DNA from: Rhynchopus sp. YZ270_cl-10
Taxonomy: Eukaryota
DNA length: 64,000 nucleotides
Assembly: GCA_964035575.1 (NCBI GenBank)
Contig: OZ037846.1
Coordinates: 496,001-560,000 of the forward strand
Direction: 5' to 3'
In this document: positions 11,531-23,719 of the stretch, one piece after another
Layout of the letters: the number at the start of each line of letters is the position of its first letter
Position numbering within the stretch: position 1 is the stretch's first letter
Notes under the pieces: model-generated
Seen by the model: only the letters and a program-made list of their open reading frames with translations
What the model was told of the DNA's origin: nothing
The model's database searches: none
Made by a program: the position numbers and the translations under genes

Positions 11531-13731
11531 GGGGAATAGTCAGTTATACCCTACCCTTTTTTTGAAATGGTCAGAGATACCCGAAAATAAGTTCAGATAT
11601 ACCCGAAAACCAGAAATAGGGCATAACTGACTATATCTGAACTTATTTTCGGGTATATCTGAACTTTTTTCGGGTATCTCTGAACTTATTTGGGGTACCC
11701 ACTTATTTGGGGGTACCCCCTTTGATTTTTTGCCCAGTGGGTGAGTGACCCACCATGAGGGAATGCGACAGCAGAGACAGTATTGAAGCAGCATGGTATG
11801 ATTTTCACCCCTCTACCCCACACACAGTTACTTTTAGTGGGGGTAAATACCCGCAAACCCGCAAACCCTTATACATGGTCCCTCGCTTCGCTTGGGAACC
11901 ATTAGTGCAGCAGGAAACTCTCTGTAGCGTGAAAAAAGGCTACCTTATTTCGCGGAAATACATAGTTATTACCACTTTTTTCATTAACCTCACCCTTCCC
12001 GACTACTGCGTTTGTACACCATACTTAATCACACCCCACATTTACACTCATCACAGGATCGTGAAATCTGAACTGCATCCGTGATTGCGATGAGCGCCGC
12101 TCTCCGACATTCAACAACTCAAAATACAAGGCTTCACCCAAATCAATCTATTCTAGATTTGTTTGTGGACGAAGACCTGGGGGTGGGAACACTTTGTCAG
12201 TCACTGCTATAGCCATTAACCCAGGGAGCATAGCTAGTGCAAGAAATTCGACTTTGGAAACCTTCCGGAAAGTCTGTCCTCTGCTTACGGAGGACGAGGC
12301 ACAAGAAAATATTGCGTTCCCCCAGAAAACCAGTGCACATTTCACACTCCTTGTGGGTGGTCTTGTTGCCTTTTTTGTCAAGTAATTTTGGCCCAGGCAT
12401 GCTCTTGAAGCATGACAATTTAGTGTGTATGGGGCAGGGTGTTGTTTTGTTCTGAATTCTCTTTGTTATAACATCTAAGTCAATCGCGGGTGGTGGTTTG
12501 TGTAGCGTGAGGCACTCTTTTTAGCAAACTTCCTGCGGCTGCTAAAGTGTTATTTCTTCGGATTTAACAACGTACAGCGTAACATAGTGGTTTCGCCTGG
12601 TCGACACAACCTTTGATAGATATGGGATAACCAACCCCCTTCGACCCCTCGTGGGTTCACTGAACAAGCCCTAGTGGTAGTTAAACGCGATTGACATTTA
12701 CATTCCTAGAGATGAAAGAACAAGATAACACTTCTGTACCCGCGCATCAAAATTGTGGAAAACTTTGCACCCCAAACACCCTCAACAACGCCCGCCAAAA
12801 GGCGCCCCTTGTTGCTGGGAGTTGGTTCTCATGATACCTGCACAGCGGGCATTCCTCTGAGTCCAACGCATGTTTGGCCTGTCTGCGGCGTTGTACTTCA
12901 GGTGCACGAAGACAGGGTCTGGTGGTAAATTTTGCGTAGTACTGCGACGTGGTACTGCGTGGGTCTGGGAACCTGGGTACCTGGGTACAGGAAATTTGTT
13001 GTGGAAGACATCAACCACCATGCATTGAGGAGGGTAAGACAGTGGTCGCAGTTTCTACCTGATAGCATTACAACATTTAACTTCTCCACGGGGGTCTTGG
13101 GCCGTTCACTCGGTTCTACCTTGACTACCGGAAGATATTCTTGAGGCCTTTCTGGTCTCTAGTATATCCGGTCTTCCCGAACGGAGGCACACTTTGTGTG
13201 TTACTACGACCTGGCAATTTCCAGCAGTAGGTTAAGTAATCTTTCTTGTAAATTGTTGGAACATTATCTCCTCAGTGCATGAATGCCCCACGTGACTGGA
13301 CACTTTTGTGTTTGTCATGTGGAGCTGTGGTTGCTCTTTCACGACTTTTTTCCTGTTCCTGGGTACCTGTTCCTGGACCTGGGTATCTGGGTATCTGGGT
13401 ATCTGGGTATCTGGGTATCTGGGTATCTGGGTATCTGGGTATCTGGGTATCTGGGCATCTGGGTATACCCGAAAACCAACTTTTTTGGGGTGCCCGAAAA
13501 AAGTTGGCGATATGGTCAGACATGCCCGAAAATAAGTTGAGAAATGGTCAGAGATACCCGAAATACCCGAAAATAAGTTCAGATATTGGTCAGTTATGCC
13601 CTATTTTTGAAAATGGGGCATCTCTGACCAATATCTGAACTTATTTTCGGGTATCTCTGACCAATATCTGAACTTATTTTCGGGTATCTCTGACCATTTC
13701 AAAAAGGGTAGGGCATAACTGACTATTCCCC
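11531..13731. mobile_element. Non-autonomous Mutator-like element carrying the shared core (element 1)
   Basis: Long TIR GGGGAATAGTCAGTTAT.CCCTACCC. 9-bp TSD ATTAATTTT at 11522-11530 and 13732-13740. Subterminal repeats include about 10 copies of GGGTATCT at 13381-13460. Confidence 0.9.
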
Positions 13732-13834
13732 ATTAATTTTTTTTGTTTCTTTTATTTTCCTTTCCTTTTTTTCTGTTCTTGGCTATTTGTTAACTCTTTT
13801 TTGTAATCTCCTCTTTATCTTGACATTTTTTTAA

Positions 13835-16750
13835 ACACGGGTTGCCTACGATCGTAGTACGATCGTTTACGATCGTACCAAAAAACGATCGTAACGATCG
13901 TAAAATATCGTACTACGATCAACTACGATCATTACGATCGTAGTACGATCGTAGTACGTTTGCCAAACGAAATAACGAATATCGCTTGAAATACCGTTCG
14001 ATATTCCTTGCATGGTGTGCATGAAGCACACACAAGGTATATCAAACGATAATCAATCAGATAAAACGTTACATCATTGGAAAATTGTTGGCACCGCCGC
14101 CCTGTCTTCGTATTTATTACGTCGACAGGCCAAACAACGTTGGGCTCAGAAGAAGCAGTGCTAGACAGTCACTGGGGATCAACATGAGAACCAACTCCCA
14201 ACAACACAGGCTACCGAAGTAGCAGGTGGGGTGTTGCGGGTGTTTGGGGTGAAAGAAAATCGATTTTGGTAAGTTACAGCAGAAAATTCTTAAGTTTGCA
14301 ATCGCGAGAAGGGTTACACTGCTCTTGCGAGCTGTGAACCGGTAAGGTTGAGAAGGGTGACACGGCATACAAGTACAAGTACAAGTAAGACGTACCTTCT
14401 GCAAAGGCTGAATTCGCAATTCTAAGGGATATGAATTCAGCCCCCACATGTTTTTTTGAGATGATCATTCCATGGTATACTAGGCGTTCCCGAAGAATGA
14501 ATCATCCCCTCCTCGTTCATGCAAACTCAAGAAAATTCTGAAGTAACTACAACCTGGCGTGCGGGTACAGATGCATTGCTTTGTTCTTTCCTCAAAGTCA
14601 TGTGTGATCTCTCGGGTCTGTACTAAAGTCAGTGTTTAGATAAGCATCCACTTGACTCGTTCTAACAACCGTTGAAATCTAGAACAAAACAACACACTGC
14701 CCCTTCTCACACCAAGCCGCCATGCTTCAAGAGCATGCCCTGGGCAAAAATTACTGTGACAAAAATTAGTATTCTGGGGGAACGCAATATTTTCTTGTGT
14801 CTAGTCCTCCGCAAGCAGAGGACAGACTTTCCGGATCCCGAAGTCGAATTTCTTGCACTAGCTATGCTCCCTGGGTTAAATGGCTATAGCAGTGACTGAC
14901 TAAGAGTTTCATAATAATTAGGGTGGTCTATGGGGTGGGTTAATGGAAAAGTTGGTATATAAACCCGACTTTTACGATCGCCACCTGGTTTTGAAATAAT
15001 TGCACCAGCTCTTCCGTGGGCACTGCTTCGCTGTCACGATGAAGGGTCGTCGGTTCGGGTACCTGTTAAGAGAAATTGAATGTAAAAGTAGAGACTACAA
15101 CAAAAAAACAAACAAACAAGAAGCCGCCCCGTACCCCACGTAAAAGTGACATTTTTGTTGACAAAAAAAAAAAAACGTGCCCGTCTAGGTGTCGATAGCA
15201 TCGCTGTTATCAGGTCACAGCTGTCAAGGTCCGTCCGATGGCTCGCTGACGCGGCATGGGGAACTGCACCACTCGATGCCTACGGCCCTAGCATATCAGC
15301 TAGAGCATCTACGTGGTCTTCACCTCCAACCTCCTCTGCTGGCACATCGGAGGGTGACATGATCGACGACGTCCTCGCAGCGGGAGATCGGCCTGCCGCG
15401 AATGACGTGCCGCCTGCTGAGGGTGACCCTGAGCCCAACCGTATTTTAAAACTAAAGCGTTCTGTTTCTCCCCCCTCCCGTAAACAGAATCCATCAACAC
15501 GTTCTTCAAAAAGAAAACGCTCGTCTTCCCCCAGAGCATGCGACAAAACTGCCAAAAAACGGAAGAAATCCGTCATCAATGCCCCCCCCTCCGCCCCGCC
15601 ACCCCCATCTGATGATGGCCCGGTGGGTAGTAGTATCAGCGACATCAGTGTGACATCTGCCACACAAGAGAGATCATCGCGCTCGTCTGCGGTGACATAA
15701 AAATGTTTAGTATAGTGGAGCACACTCTAGGGTGGCTACACTAATACAACCAAGTTTTCAAAAAAAAAAAAAAATAGCGGACATGTCGAAAAGGGAGAAA
15801 ACCGGGGGGTTAAAAACATACCTCGGCCCACTCTCCAGGTACAAAGAACATCACTGCACGACAAACCCACTACTACAATAGAAAATAACTATTTTTTACC
15901 GAACAGAAAGGTCGTTTTATTGATGAGTGTTTTCTGAGTGCACACTCAGTGGGGACAAAATGCAACACTTCAAGGCATGCAATACTCCAAGGAATTTGCT
16001 AAGGAAAAGTCGATATTGTGGGCCCCTGTAGTAGTGCATATAGTTTACCCCCAGATCGTCAAAACACCCGATTTTTGCGTTTTTTTGCACTTTTTGGTGC
16101 CCAAAAACCCAACTCAGGGGTCGAAATTTTCCCGAAAAAAAAAATTTTTTTTTTGAGATTTTTTGATTTTTTGACAAGGCGCTGGCCCATACAAAATGCA
16201 CTGGTGGGACAGAAAATGACTGGGGAATTAACTCTAGATGCTCAAAACAGCCCAATTCTTGCTTTTTTTGACTTTTTGGTCCCAGAAGGGTACCTAGGGT
16301 GTAGTGAGCAGGCCTCAAAAACACTTGTGAAAAAAAAAATTGGGATTTTTTTTTTTGAGATTTTTTCAAAAATCGACTTGTTTTTGGTAAAAATCACGAA
16401 ATTTTGGGTTCGCGGAACCGCGTTTTAGACCCCCCTAGATGCTCAAAAGTGCCAAATTTTGCTTTTAATGGCCTCAAATCGTCGAAATTAGCCCAATATA
16501 GGGGCAAAAAAAAAAAAATTCGAGGGTCTAGGTATGGAGAGCGAGCACCTTAGAAGGAAGATCGTACGATCGTACTACGATCATTACGATCGTACTACGA
16601 TCGTTACGATCGTAGTACGATCGTACGATCATAATACGATCGTAAGTACGATCGCACTACGATCGTACTTTGATCGTAGTACGATCGTAGTGCGATCAAA
16701 AAAGAGCTACGATCGTAAGAGATCGTACTACGATCGTAGGCAACCCGTGT
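13835..16750. mobile_element. Non-autonomous TIR element flanked by TTAA (or TTTAAA), with TACGATCG subterminal arrays, carrying the shared core (element 4)
   Basis: TIR ACACGGGTTGCCTACGATCGTAGTACGATC is inverted at the right end. TTAA at 13831-13834 and 16751-16754. Superfamily unresolved. Confidence 0.85.
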
Positions 16751-17559
16751 TTAAAATACTTTTTTTAACTGTGGCTGGGAGGCCTTCTGCACAACAAGCT
16801 CTATTCTGTCGTGCCCCCCTTTCTCCCTTGCCCACTTTTTTTTTTCAAATACACTTTTAAAGAACAGAAACTCGACCGAGGTGATTCCTACTAACCCCCC
16901 TCTGGAGGACGGCACTGTCGCTCGAATTGCCTGCGAAACTGATTCCACCCCCCCTCCCCTCCCCCCCCTATTTTCCCAAAAAATAATAATACTAGAGAGA
17001 TAGCTGTTGGGCACATCCATCTTTCAAGTGATCTAGCTAATATAAAAAAAAATTTTTTGACTTGAGATGCAGAGCCCTGGACCTACAAAGCATACCCGCA
17101 CATCAAAATAACGAAAGAGAGAGAGAAAGAACATCTAGTACAAATTAAAAGGTTTGCGGGGAGTAGTAGGGCTTGGGGTTCGTTTTGTCATAGGTGTGGG
17201 TGCTCCAGCATAGCGAAGTTCTCGTGCCTGTGGTGTGAATGGTGTAAATGGTGGGAAAGGTGGGAAAGGTGGGAACGGTGTGTTTGAAGCGGAGTGGACT
17301 TATACACTTCAATTTAATAGGAATACAATTTAACTTCAAATACAAAATGTTGAACACGCATCAGGCCTCAGCAACAAGCCACTATGCCTCCTTGGACTGA
17401 CAGGGTTTTAAAAAGGAGCAGCAGCATCCCCGAAACGAGAGATAAGGACGGACGACTGCGTACGAAAAACATACCCCCTCTCTACACGTTGTTGCATTTT
17501 CCCACATCCCCACATCCCCACATCCCCACATCCCCACACCCCCACCGACCATTTTACCC

Positions 17560-19335
17560 CTATCTAACACATACCTTCGCGCTTCTTGGGGAGGAATGCG
17601 CGTACGGCAACGCCTGCGCCACACCCCTTGTACTCGGTGTGAAGAGCATGCTCCGTCCTGGCGAGTTTGACCTTGCGTGCCACGACGCCGTCCGCAGCCT
17701 CGATGAGTTTGTGGCCCCTGCATACCCACCTCCCCCTCCCCCTCCTCCTCCCCCGCCCCCTCCACTGCCACCCTCCGCAGAATCGGTTCTGGACCTACCC
17801 CGAGGGGATGCGGTACGGGTTGCTGTTCCAGCAGAGTGTGCGCTGCCTCCTGAATGCGTTCGGGTGCGTGACGAAGCGCTGTCACCACGTCCCATTCTGC
17901 CTCGGGTTGGGGTCGTGCGTTGGATGGGTGTCGTTTGGCCGGAAGAATGCGCAGCAGGGATAGAAGAAGCCTCTCGCTGCACCCCAGCCACCTCTCTCCC
18001 AATGCATTTTATGAGGCTTCCTAGAAGGTCGATGCGGGAAAGGTACATCTTTGCGCCAAGCCGGTTTTCAGCTTTTCGAAACAACTCTGCGGCAAGGTTG
18101 TCAGATTTTACTTCACGCAGTTTCTCCTCTACCTCCCGTTGGAGCTTCGCGAGGCTCGTAATAGTTGCAGCCGGAATACGCAACGTTTTTTCCTTTCGCT
18201 TTGGTGATGCAGGAGGGGCCTCTCCGTCACGCAGAACTGAGTTGTCTCTCTGCAGTGAGCGTACCTTAGTTTCCAAGAAGCCAATTCGTTTTTGGAGTGC
18301 ATCCTCTCTAGCGCGGGACTCAGCTAGAGCTGAGGGTTCGGCTGAGGTGCTGCGCTTTGCGAAGTTTTCTTCGTGTAGAGTGGAGGCCCTCATAGGCGGG
18401 GTTTCGCCGGTTCCTGGGGTATATCCTGCTGCGGAGAGCTGCGCCGCAATGCTTTCCCGCGTACCTGCTTCATGTGAATTGGTCAATGCTGCGATTTTGC
18501 GTTTTAACTGTCTCACCTCTGCTGCCAGCTCCCCCGCCTTTCTCTTGTAGTAGTCTGTTCCGCGTGCATTCCCTCCTTCCCCAAGCTTCTCCTGCGCAGC
18601 AGTCAGCAACTTCGCTAATTCGCTGTTCTGTGTCCGCAGGTCCACCGGCTCCACCCCTCGCACCGTTACACTCCCTCTTGTTGAAGAGGATGAAGATGAT
18701 GACGAAGTGCTTCTCGCCCCAAATGACGTATTATCCACCCTCAACTGCTGTAGCTGTACCGGGGCTGTGGTTTCGACCTCTCTCTTTGGCGATCCTTCCC
18801 CGTACGGCAAGGTTTCGCTTGGGGTGTCAAGCTTGACGAGAAGGGTGGGCTGGGTGACACTTTCTTCTGAAATTCGGGGGTCCGGGATTGGTTCGGTATG
18901 GGTCGAGACTGGAGAGGTTGGGGAGGTGGGAGCAGGGTTCTCTGGGGGGTGGTCCTCTGCGGGGAGGCGGCCTGGGCGTGGCGTGCATGAAAAGCATCGG
19001 TCGCTCTGGCAGTTTCGGCAATGCCAGCGAAGGCCGTCGCCGAAGTTGTAACAGTTGTCGCAGGCCCATCCGGATGCGTATGCGCCCGATGAATAATCAG
19101 AGACCTTCTGCACACCGATGTCTCCGCAGCGGTCACAGGGCTGCTCCGCGCATACCCGCAAATTCTTCCCCAAAAGCGGTGTCTTCCCCACAGCCAAATC
19201 CACAACGTACCGCTCCGGGTGGTTGCTATCAACCCCCAAAATCCTCCCGCACATTCCATTAAGGCTTTGGAACATATCCATAAGAAGGCCTTCTACCTCT
19301 ACCTCGGTGCCTTCGGTGAGGTTTCGTTTCGACAT
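17560..19335 (-). CDS. KOW/SH3-like + ZZ-like zinc finger + coiled-coil protein, 591 aa
   Basis: GTEVEVEGL..LNGMCGRI..RYVVDL..NL motif. CDRC..WACDNC..RWHCRNCQSDRCFSC Cys cluster. Heptad-rich middle and low-complexity tail. Confidence 0.75.
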   Translation of the reverse strand: MSKRNLTEGTEVEVEGLLMDMFQSLNGMCGRILGVDSNHPERYVVDLAVGKTPLLGKNLRVCAEQPCDRCGDIGVQKVSDYSSGAYASGWACDNCYNFGDGLRWHCRNCQSDRCFSCTPRPGRLPAEDHPPENPAPTSPTSPVSTHTEPIPDPRISEESVTQPTLLVKLDTPSETLPYGEGSPKREVETTAPVQLQQLRVDNTSFGARSTSSSSSSSSTRGSVTVRGVEPVDLRTQNSELAKLLTAAQEKLGEGGNARGTDYYKRKAGELAAEVRQLKRKIAALTNSHEAGTRESIAAQLSAAGYTPGTGETPPMRASTLHEENFAKRSTSAEPSALAESRAREDALQKRIGFLETKVRSLQRDNSVLRDGEAPPASPKRKEKTLRIPAATITSLAKLQREVEEKLREVKSDNLAAELFRKAENRLGAKMYLSRIDLLGSLIKCIGREVAGVQREASSIPAAHSSGQTTPIQRTTPTRGRMGRGDSASSRTRTHSGGSAHSAGTATRTASPRGRSRTDSAEGGSGGGGGGGGGGGGGYAGATNSSRLRTASWHARSNSPGRSMLFTPSTRGVAQALPYAHSSPRSAKVCVR

Positions 19336-19988
19336 TTTTTGAGGAAGAGGGGGAGGGTGTGTCCCCTGTGGTGGTTAGGGGTTGTGTGTGTGGGGGGCGG
19401 GTAGTGAAAGTGAAAATGCATAAAGGAGTTACTACCACTCAATTCAGCGAGGCCAAGTGCGGCTGAAAAAATGGCCTAGGAAAAATGCATCTGAAGCCTG
19501 GCTGAGGCATATGCTCGCCGTAAGGGGGTCTCCCCCCCAGGGTCGCGGCACACTACGGTGACAATAGTTCCTGGTACGGTAAATGCTTTTAATAATGTGC
19601 AGGGGCGATGAACCGTTGATGAACGATAAACAAATTTTGTTGTGTGTTTTCCCCATTTGGTACATAATTTCCGTGAAAAAGAAATTGAAACCGCACCCTA
19701 CTTTTCCTTTTTATGTTCCCCCCCACCCCCGCAAACAATAAAGCAATAAAAACAATAAAGACAAAAGGGAGAGGTTGTGGTGAAACGCACACACCTCGAC
19801 CTGTCGGTGAAAAGTGGCTCTACTCCAACCCGCCCCGGATTAGAAAAATGGAAAAAAGGATGGGAGTAGGGTACGGTGTTCAATTTCCTTTTAGCATTGC
19901 ATGTAATCATAGAATATGGGCTCTAAAAAGGATGGAAGTCTTAGCACTCTTGTGAAGCCAGATGTAAATCTGAGCAAACACAACAGTG

Positions 19989-21728
19989 CTACTTCACGGA
20001 ACACATCTGAGAGCAACACACAACACTGCACGTCCCAGAAGGAACTGCGTGTGCTGGTGTGCCAACCCCTCCCGCAGCTGTCCATGCCTTAGCAACGTCA
20101 AGGTCAGACTGCTCACCACGCAGGTACCCACGCACGGCAATGTTGTACTCCTCCCAATGCTTCTTCCCACCTATCATGTACATCCACTCGTCAACTGCTT
20201 CTGCTGCAGCACTTAGCTGAGCCATCACTTCTGCCACAACCTGTGCCTCACAACCAGAGGCAACCTCCACCTTGCACGGAAGCAGACGCAGCTGGTGTTC
20301 GCACTCAGCATCGCTGAAGCACATCCTGTTGCACACCACATCACACCCCAGCATACGCCCCACACGTTCCAGCCCGTTCACATCACGCACAAGCTCCCCC
20401 ACCATGCTGAACCGACGCATCACCTCACAACCCATGTCACCACGCAGCACCTTCCCAGTCGCAACACCAGCATTCACCTTCTCACAAAAGCTGTTCGCAC
20501 CCTTCAGAAGCAGGCTTGCTGCGTGCAGTGCAGATGTGGCATGTGTCGCACACTGCTTCGAGGCGTTGAACGAACAGTGGATCCTGTCCCCGATGAACAC
20601 GTCCACCATCCCACGTTTTGTCTCTGTTGCCTGCAGGGTCTTCAGGAGGAGAGTGGTGAAGAAGGAGGAGTAGGTCGCACTGTCCTTCTCCAGCAAATGC
20701 AGGGTGTCCTTCACGTTCAGTGTCAGCAGGGTTGTCTTCACCGAGGACAGACCCAGTGGCAGGCACACTGGCAAGTTTGATGCTCTTGAATGATGGGACT
20801 CTGTGGATGTGTCTGCTGTATCTGTCAGGTCACCCCCTTCGCTCTCTGAGTCCATCCTCTCCACCTCATCCTGAAAAGGCAGACACGTCTTCGGGAGGTA
20901 CGCTTTGTACATGCGCAGGTTCTTCTCCAGTCTCCACAGGGCAGCAGTCATCCCCTCAGGCAGGTCACCCCCATGCACGTCCAGCATCTCCGCCACCTGC
21001 TCCACGTCGTACCCCGCAAGAAGCGACGCAATCTCCTGCACAACGCTGATCGTGCGCCTCATTGACTCCTGCTCCTTCAGCACATTGTGCGCAAACCTGC
21101 GTGTCACGAAGAAGTCGATCAGGAAGACAAAAAGTGTGAAAATGAGGCCAACTTGGGGAAATGATGTCTTGCAGGGTGGGAACTCGCAATCTGCCTTTTC
21201 CTGAATCAGCGCTCTTCTGCTGTGCTCACCTTCGTACGGTGGCAACCCAGGAAGGTCAAACAAACCAAACCTGAAGGATTCCTCACATGACATGAGACAC
21301 AGCCACACCACTGTCGCACCCACGAACCATGCACTGTACCGTGATGGGACTTGCATCACAAGCAATATGTCCACAACCAGGATTAGAAATGGCCAGTTAA
21401 GGTAACCGTAAGTACGTGCCTCCAAATCCCACATGCATATTGCAGTGCCAGAGAAGTACATGATGCCCACCACAAACGTGGTGTTGAGTTGCTGTTTGCA
21501 GAGCATCTTAACAATGACAACGGACCCAGCTGCGATGAATATGCAAGACCCGAGAAGGTGAACAATCTGGTGCTGCACGTCGGTCTTCCCCTGATAAGAA
21601 ACGTAGCAAGCAGCAACCAGGTGAGTCAATGCTGAAACCACAGAGACCGCAAACATGATGGTGCGCTTCTTCACCTCGTCAGCACTGAGAGACCCGTCAA
21701 TGGTCAGTGCGCTGTTCAGGCACCGCAT
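19989..21728 (-). CDS. Multi-TM class III nucleotidyl cyclase-like protein, copy 1
   Basis: About 6 hydrophobic helices, LRMYKAYLP helix, then LLTLNVKDT, VDVFIGDRIHCSFNA, GKVLRGDMG..RFSMVGELV and DEWMY. ATG at 21728 (MRCLNSAL). Confidence 0.85.
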   Translation of the reverse strand: MRCLNSALTIDGSLSADEVKKRTIMFAVSVVSALTHLVAACYVSYQGKTDVQHQIVHLLGSCIFIAAGSVVIVKMLCKQQLNTTFVVGIMYFSGTAICMWDLEARTYGYLNWPFLILVVDILLVMQVPSRYSAWFVGATVVWLCLMSCEESFRFGLFDLPGLPPYEGEHSRRALIQEKADCEFPPCKTSFPQVGLIFTLFVFLIDFFVTRRFAHNVLKEQESMRRTISVVQEIASLLAGYDVEQVAEMLDVHGGDLPEGMTAALWRLEKNLRMYKAYLPKTCLPFQDEVERMDSESEGGDLTDTADTSTESHHSRASNLPVCLPLGLSSVKTTLLTLNVKDTLHLLEKDSATYSSFFTTLLLKTLQATETKRGMVDVFIGDRIHCSFNASKQCATHATSALHAASLLLKGANSFCEKVNAGVATGKVLRGDMGCEVMRRFSMVGELVRDVNGLERVGRMLGCDVVCNRMCFSDAECEHQLRLLPCKVEVASGCEAQVVAEVMAQLSAAAEAVDEWMYMIGGKKHWEEYNIAVRGYLRGEQSDLDVAKAWTAAGGVGTPAHAVPSGTCSVVCCSQMCSVK

Positions 21729-23412
21729 CGTTGGGCTTTTGATCCTCACAAACCTTTGCTATGTGTGGAGCAGGGGTGTGTGGATGTGTGTTGTGTGCAC
21801 TGGTGGGTGGTGTGGGTTCAGTGTTGGGAGATGGACGTAACCACCACAATCGGGGTACTTCACACAGAACTTAATCTATCGCGGGAGGAAGAGAAATAGT
21901 AACCCTGATGGTCAGTAAAAGGGGGGGAGAAAGGCTTTTTCGTTGCTCAATTGCCCTGCTGGAGGTGGGAGGGGTGATTGGGCGTATCTGAGGATAGTAT
22001 TTCTCCGACCGAGCCAAGCAGAAAACGGAAGATGCACAGACACTGCAAGTTCAGACAGTGAAACACCACCCGTCAAGAAGTGGAAGCTCAACAAAACAAA
22101 ATGCTACTAACCAACACCAGACCGACAACTACTTCCATTCCGCTGCAGACGGGGCAGTACTGGTACCAGAGTACTGACCTGGAGAGCATCGGCAGGGGGA
22201 TGTTCTCGAACTGGAGCGACACGACCTTCTGGTGCTTTGGCCTGGTGGACGACCCAGGCATCTGACTGCCCTAATGATTCTGATACTGTCGATCACGCGT
22301 TGCACACTTCCGAGCATCGTCTGAGAGAGGCAATGGAAACAGGCCACAGAGTTGTTTACGTCTTCTGTAAGCTACGCTTTGTAGGTTTAAAAAGAAAGAA
22401 AAGATGGGAAATTGAATTTTTTTTTCTTTGAAGATGTGTGAAGGGGATAAGATAGGTAGGCTTTTGATGTGAAGCAGTTCCACTCCTTGTGAAAGGAGGG
22501 TAGGGGAGGAGGAGGGGAAATAGTTCTGTACAAAAAAAAAAAGCAAAACGAAAAAGAAAGAAAAAAAAGAAGTTGAAAGTGCAAACGCCTCACCGTTCAT
22601 CGGCGGACGCAGGCACTGAAAAAAAAAATTATAAGATAAACCTAAGTCTCTCGTGCTTAGCTTATCTTAAACACAACACGCATAACAATATTTGATCAAA
22701 AAAAAGCTGGTATATGTTGCATAAAACATTGGAGCGTAAACCCTGTCCGTGCAAATGCGAGATACCGTACACCTTCTTGGGTGCAACGGCACAGACAGTT
22801 CTCTGCATGAGGCACGCAAGCAGTGTTTTAGTCTCTTCACAAAAAAAAAAAAAAGAGTAAATTTGAAATACAAAAAAAGCCGCGTTCATTTCTTCTCTAT
22901 TATCACCAATCATCCTTTGGAGCGAAAGACGCCACGGAAGTGGTCATAATTTCTCCAAGCAGAGTGGGGGTTTTTTTGTTCTCTTTTTTTTTGAGCAAAA
23001 AAAAAAAAAAAAAAAAGAAAAAAAAAGGGGGGAAAAAAAACTGGTGTGTTGCTACCTCATTTATGTGATGCCCCATTGACTTCTCCATTTAAAAGCAAAA
23101 GTGAAGCTGGTGTGCAAAACGCCTCTGACTGGCACTGACACTCCGCGGGGTTTGAAAATGTTTGTTGTTATGTTTGTACTCTTTGTTTTTGCTATTTTGT
23201 GTTTGTGTTTGTTTAGCTTTTTTAGATCCTTAACCAAAGCGATGTGCGAACTTTAATGTAGTTTCCGGCTTACTCTGTCGCAGTGGTTGTACGGGAACTT
23301 TCAGTGCTTTTTCAAAAAAAAAAAAAGGAAAAAAAGAAAAAAGGAAAAAAAAAGGGGGGAGAAAAAGTCAAAATAACCTTGTTTTTCAAAATAAATGTCA
23401 AAATAAAAAATT

Positions 23413-23483
23413 CTGGTTTCAGCGGTCTGCTCCCTGACCAGGAAAAAGCCCTTCGACCGCGCTCATCAGAAGGAGCAAGGGCT
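23413..23483 (-). ncRNA. Predicted non-circularly permuted hammerhead ribozyme, copy 1
   Basis: Minus strand AGCCCUU-GCUCCUU-CUGAUGA-GC-GCGGUC-G-AAGGGCU-UUUUC-CUGG-UC-AGGGAGC-A-GACCGC-U-GAAA-CCAG. All core motifs and stems I-III are present. Confidence 0.72.
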
Positions 23484-23719
23484 AAAAAATAAAAAGGAGG
23501 GGGAAAAGGTAGGATACAATAAAAAGCTTTTTATGTGAAAGCAATTTTATTGGTTACAATGACGAAAAAACAGCAGCAGGAATTTCATGTTCTTTTTGCT
23601 TTTGTGTACAGGTATCGTAGCACGCCAACCTGTGGGCAGACAGTTTTCACAATATATGGGAAACGTGTCGTATGATGAGGTGTTCTTCACACAATTCGTT
23701 ATGTTTATGGTGCTCCTAC

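Noticed and set aside
15146..15700. 184-aa low-complexity ORF inside element 4
   Set aside because: No domain signal, non-ATG track start and a similar-length antisense ORF. It could be captured cargo but is unsupported.
15816..16536. Possible nested element with CATACC ends
   Set aside because: Only 11 of 13 bases match as an inverted repeat and there is no TSD.
22110..22265. GC-rich coding-like fragment (QTGQYWYQSTDL..)
   Set aside because: Too short, with no supported start or splice context and no recognisable family.
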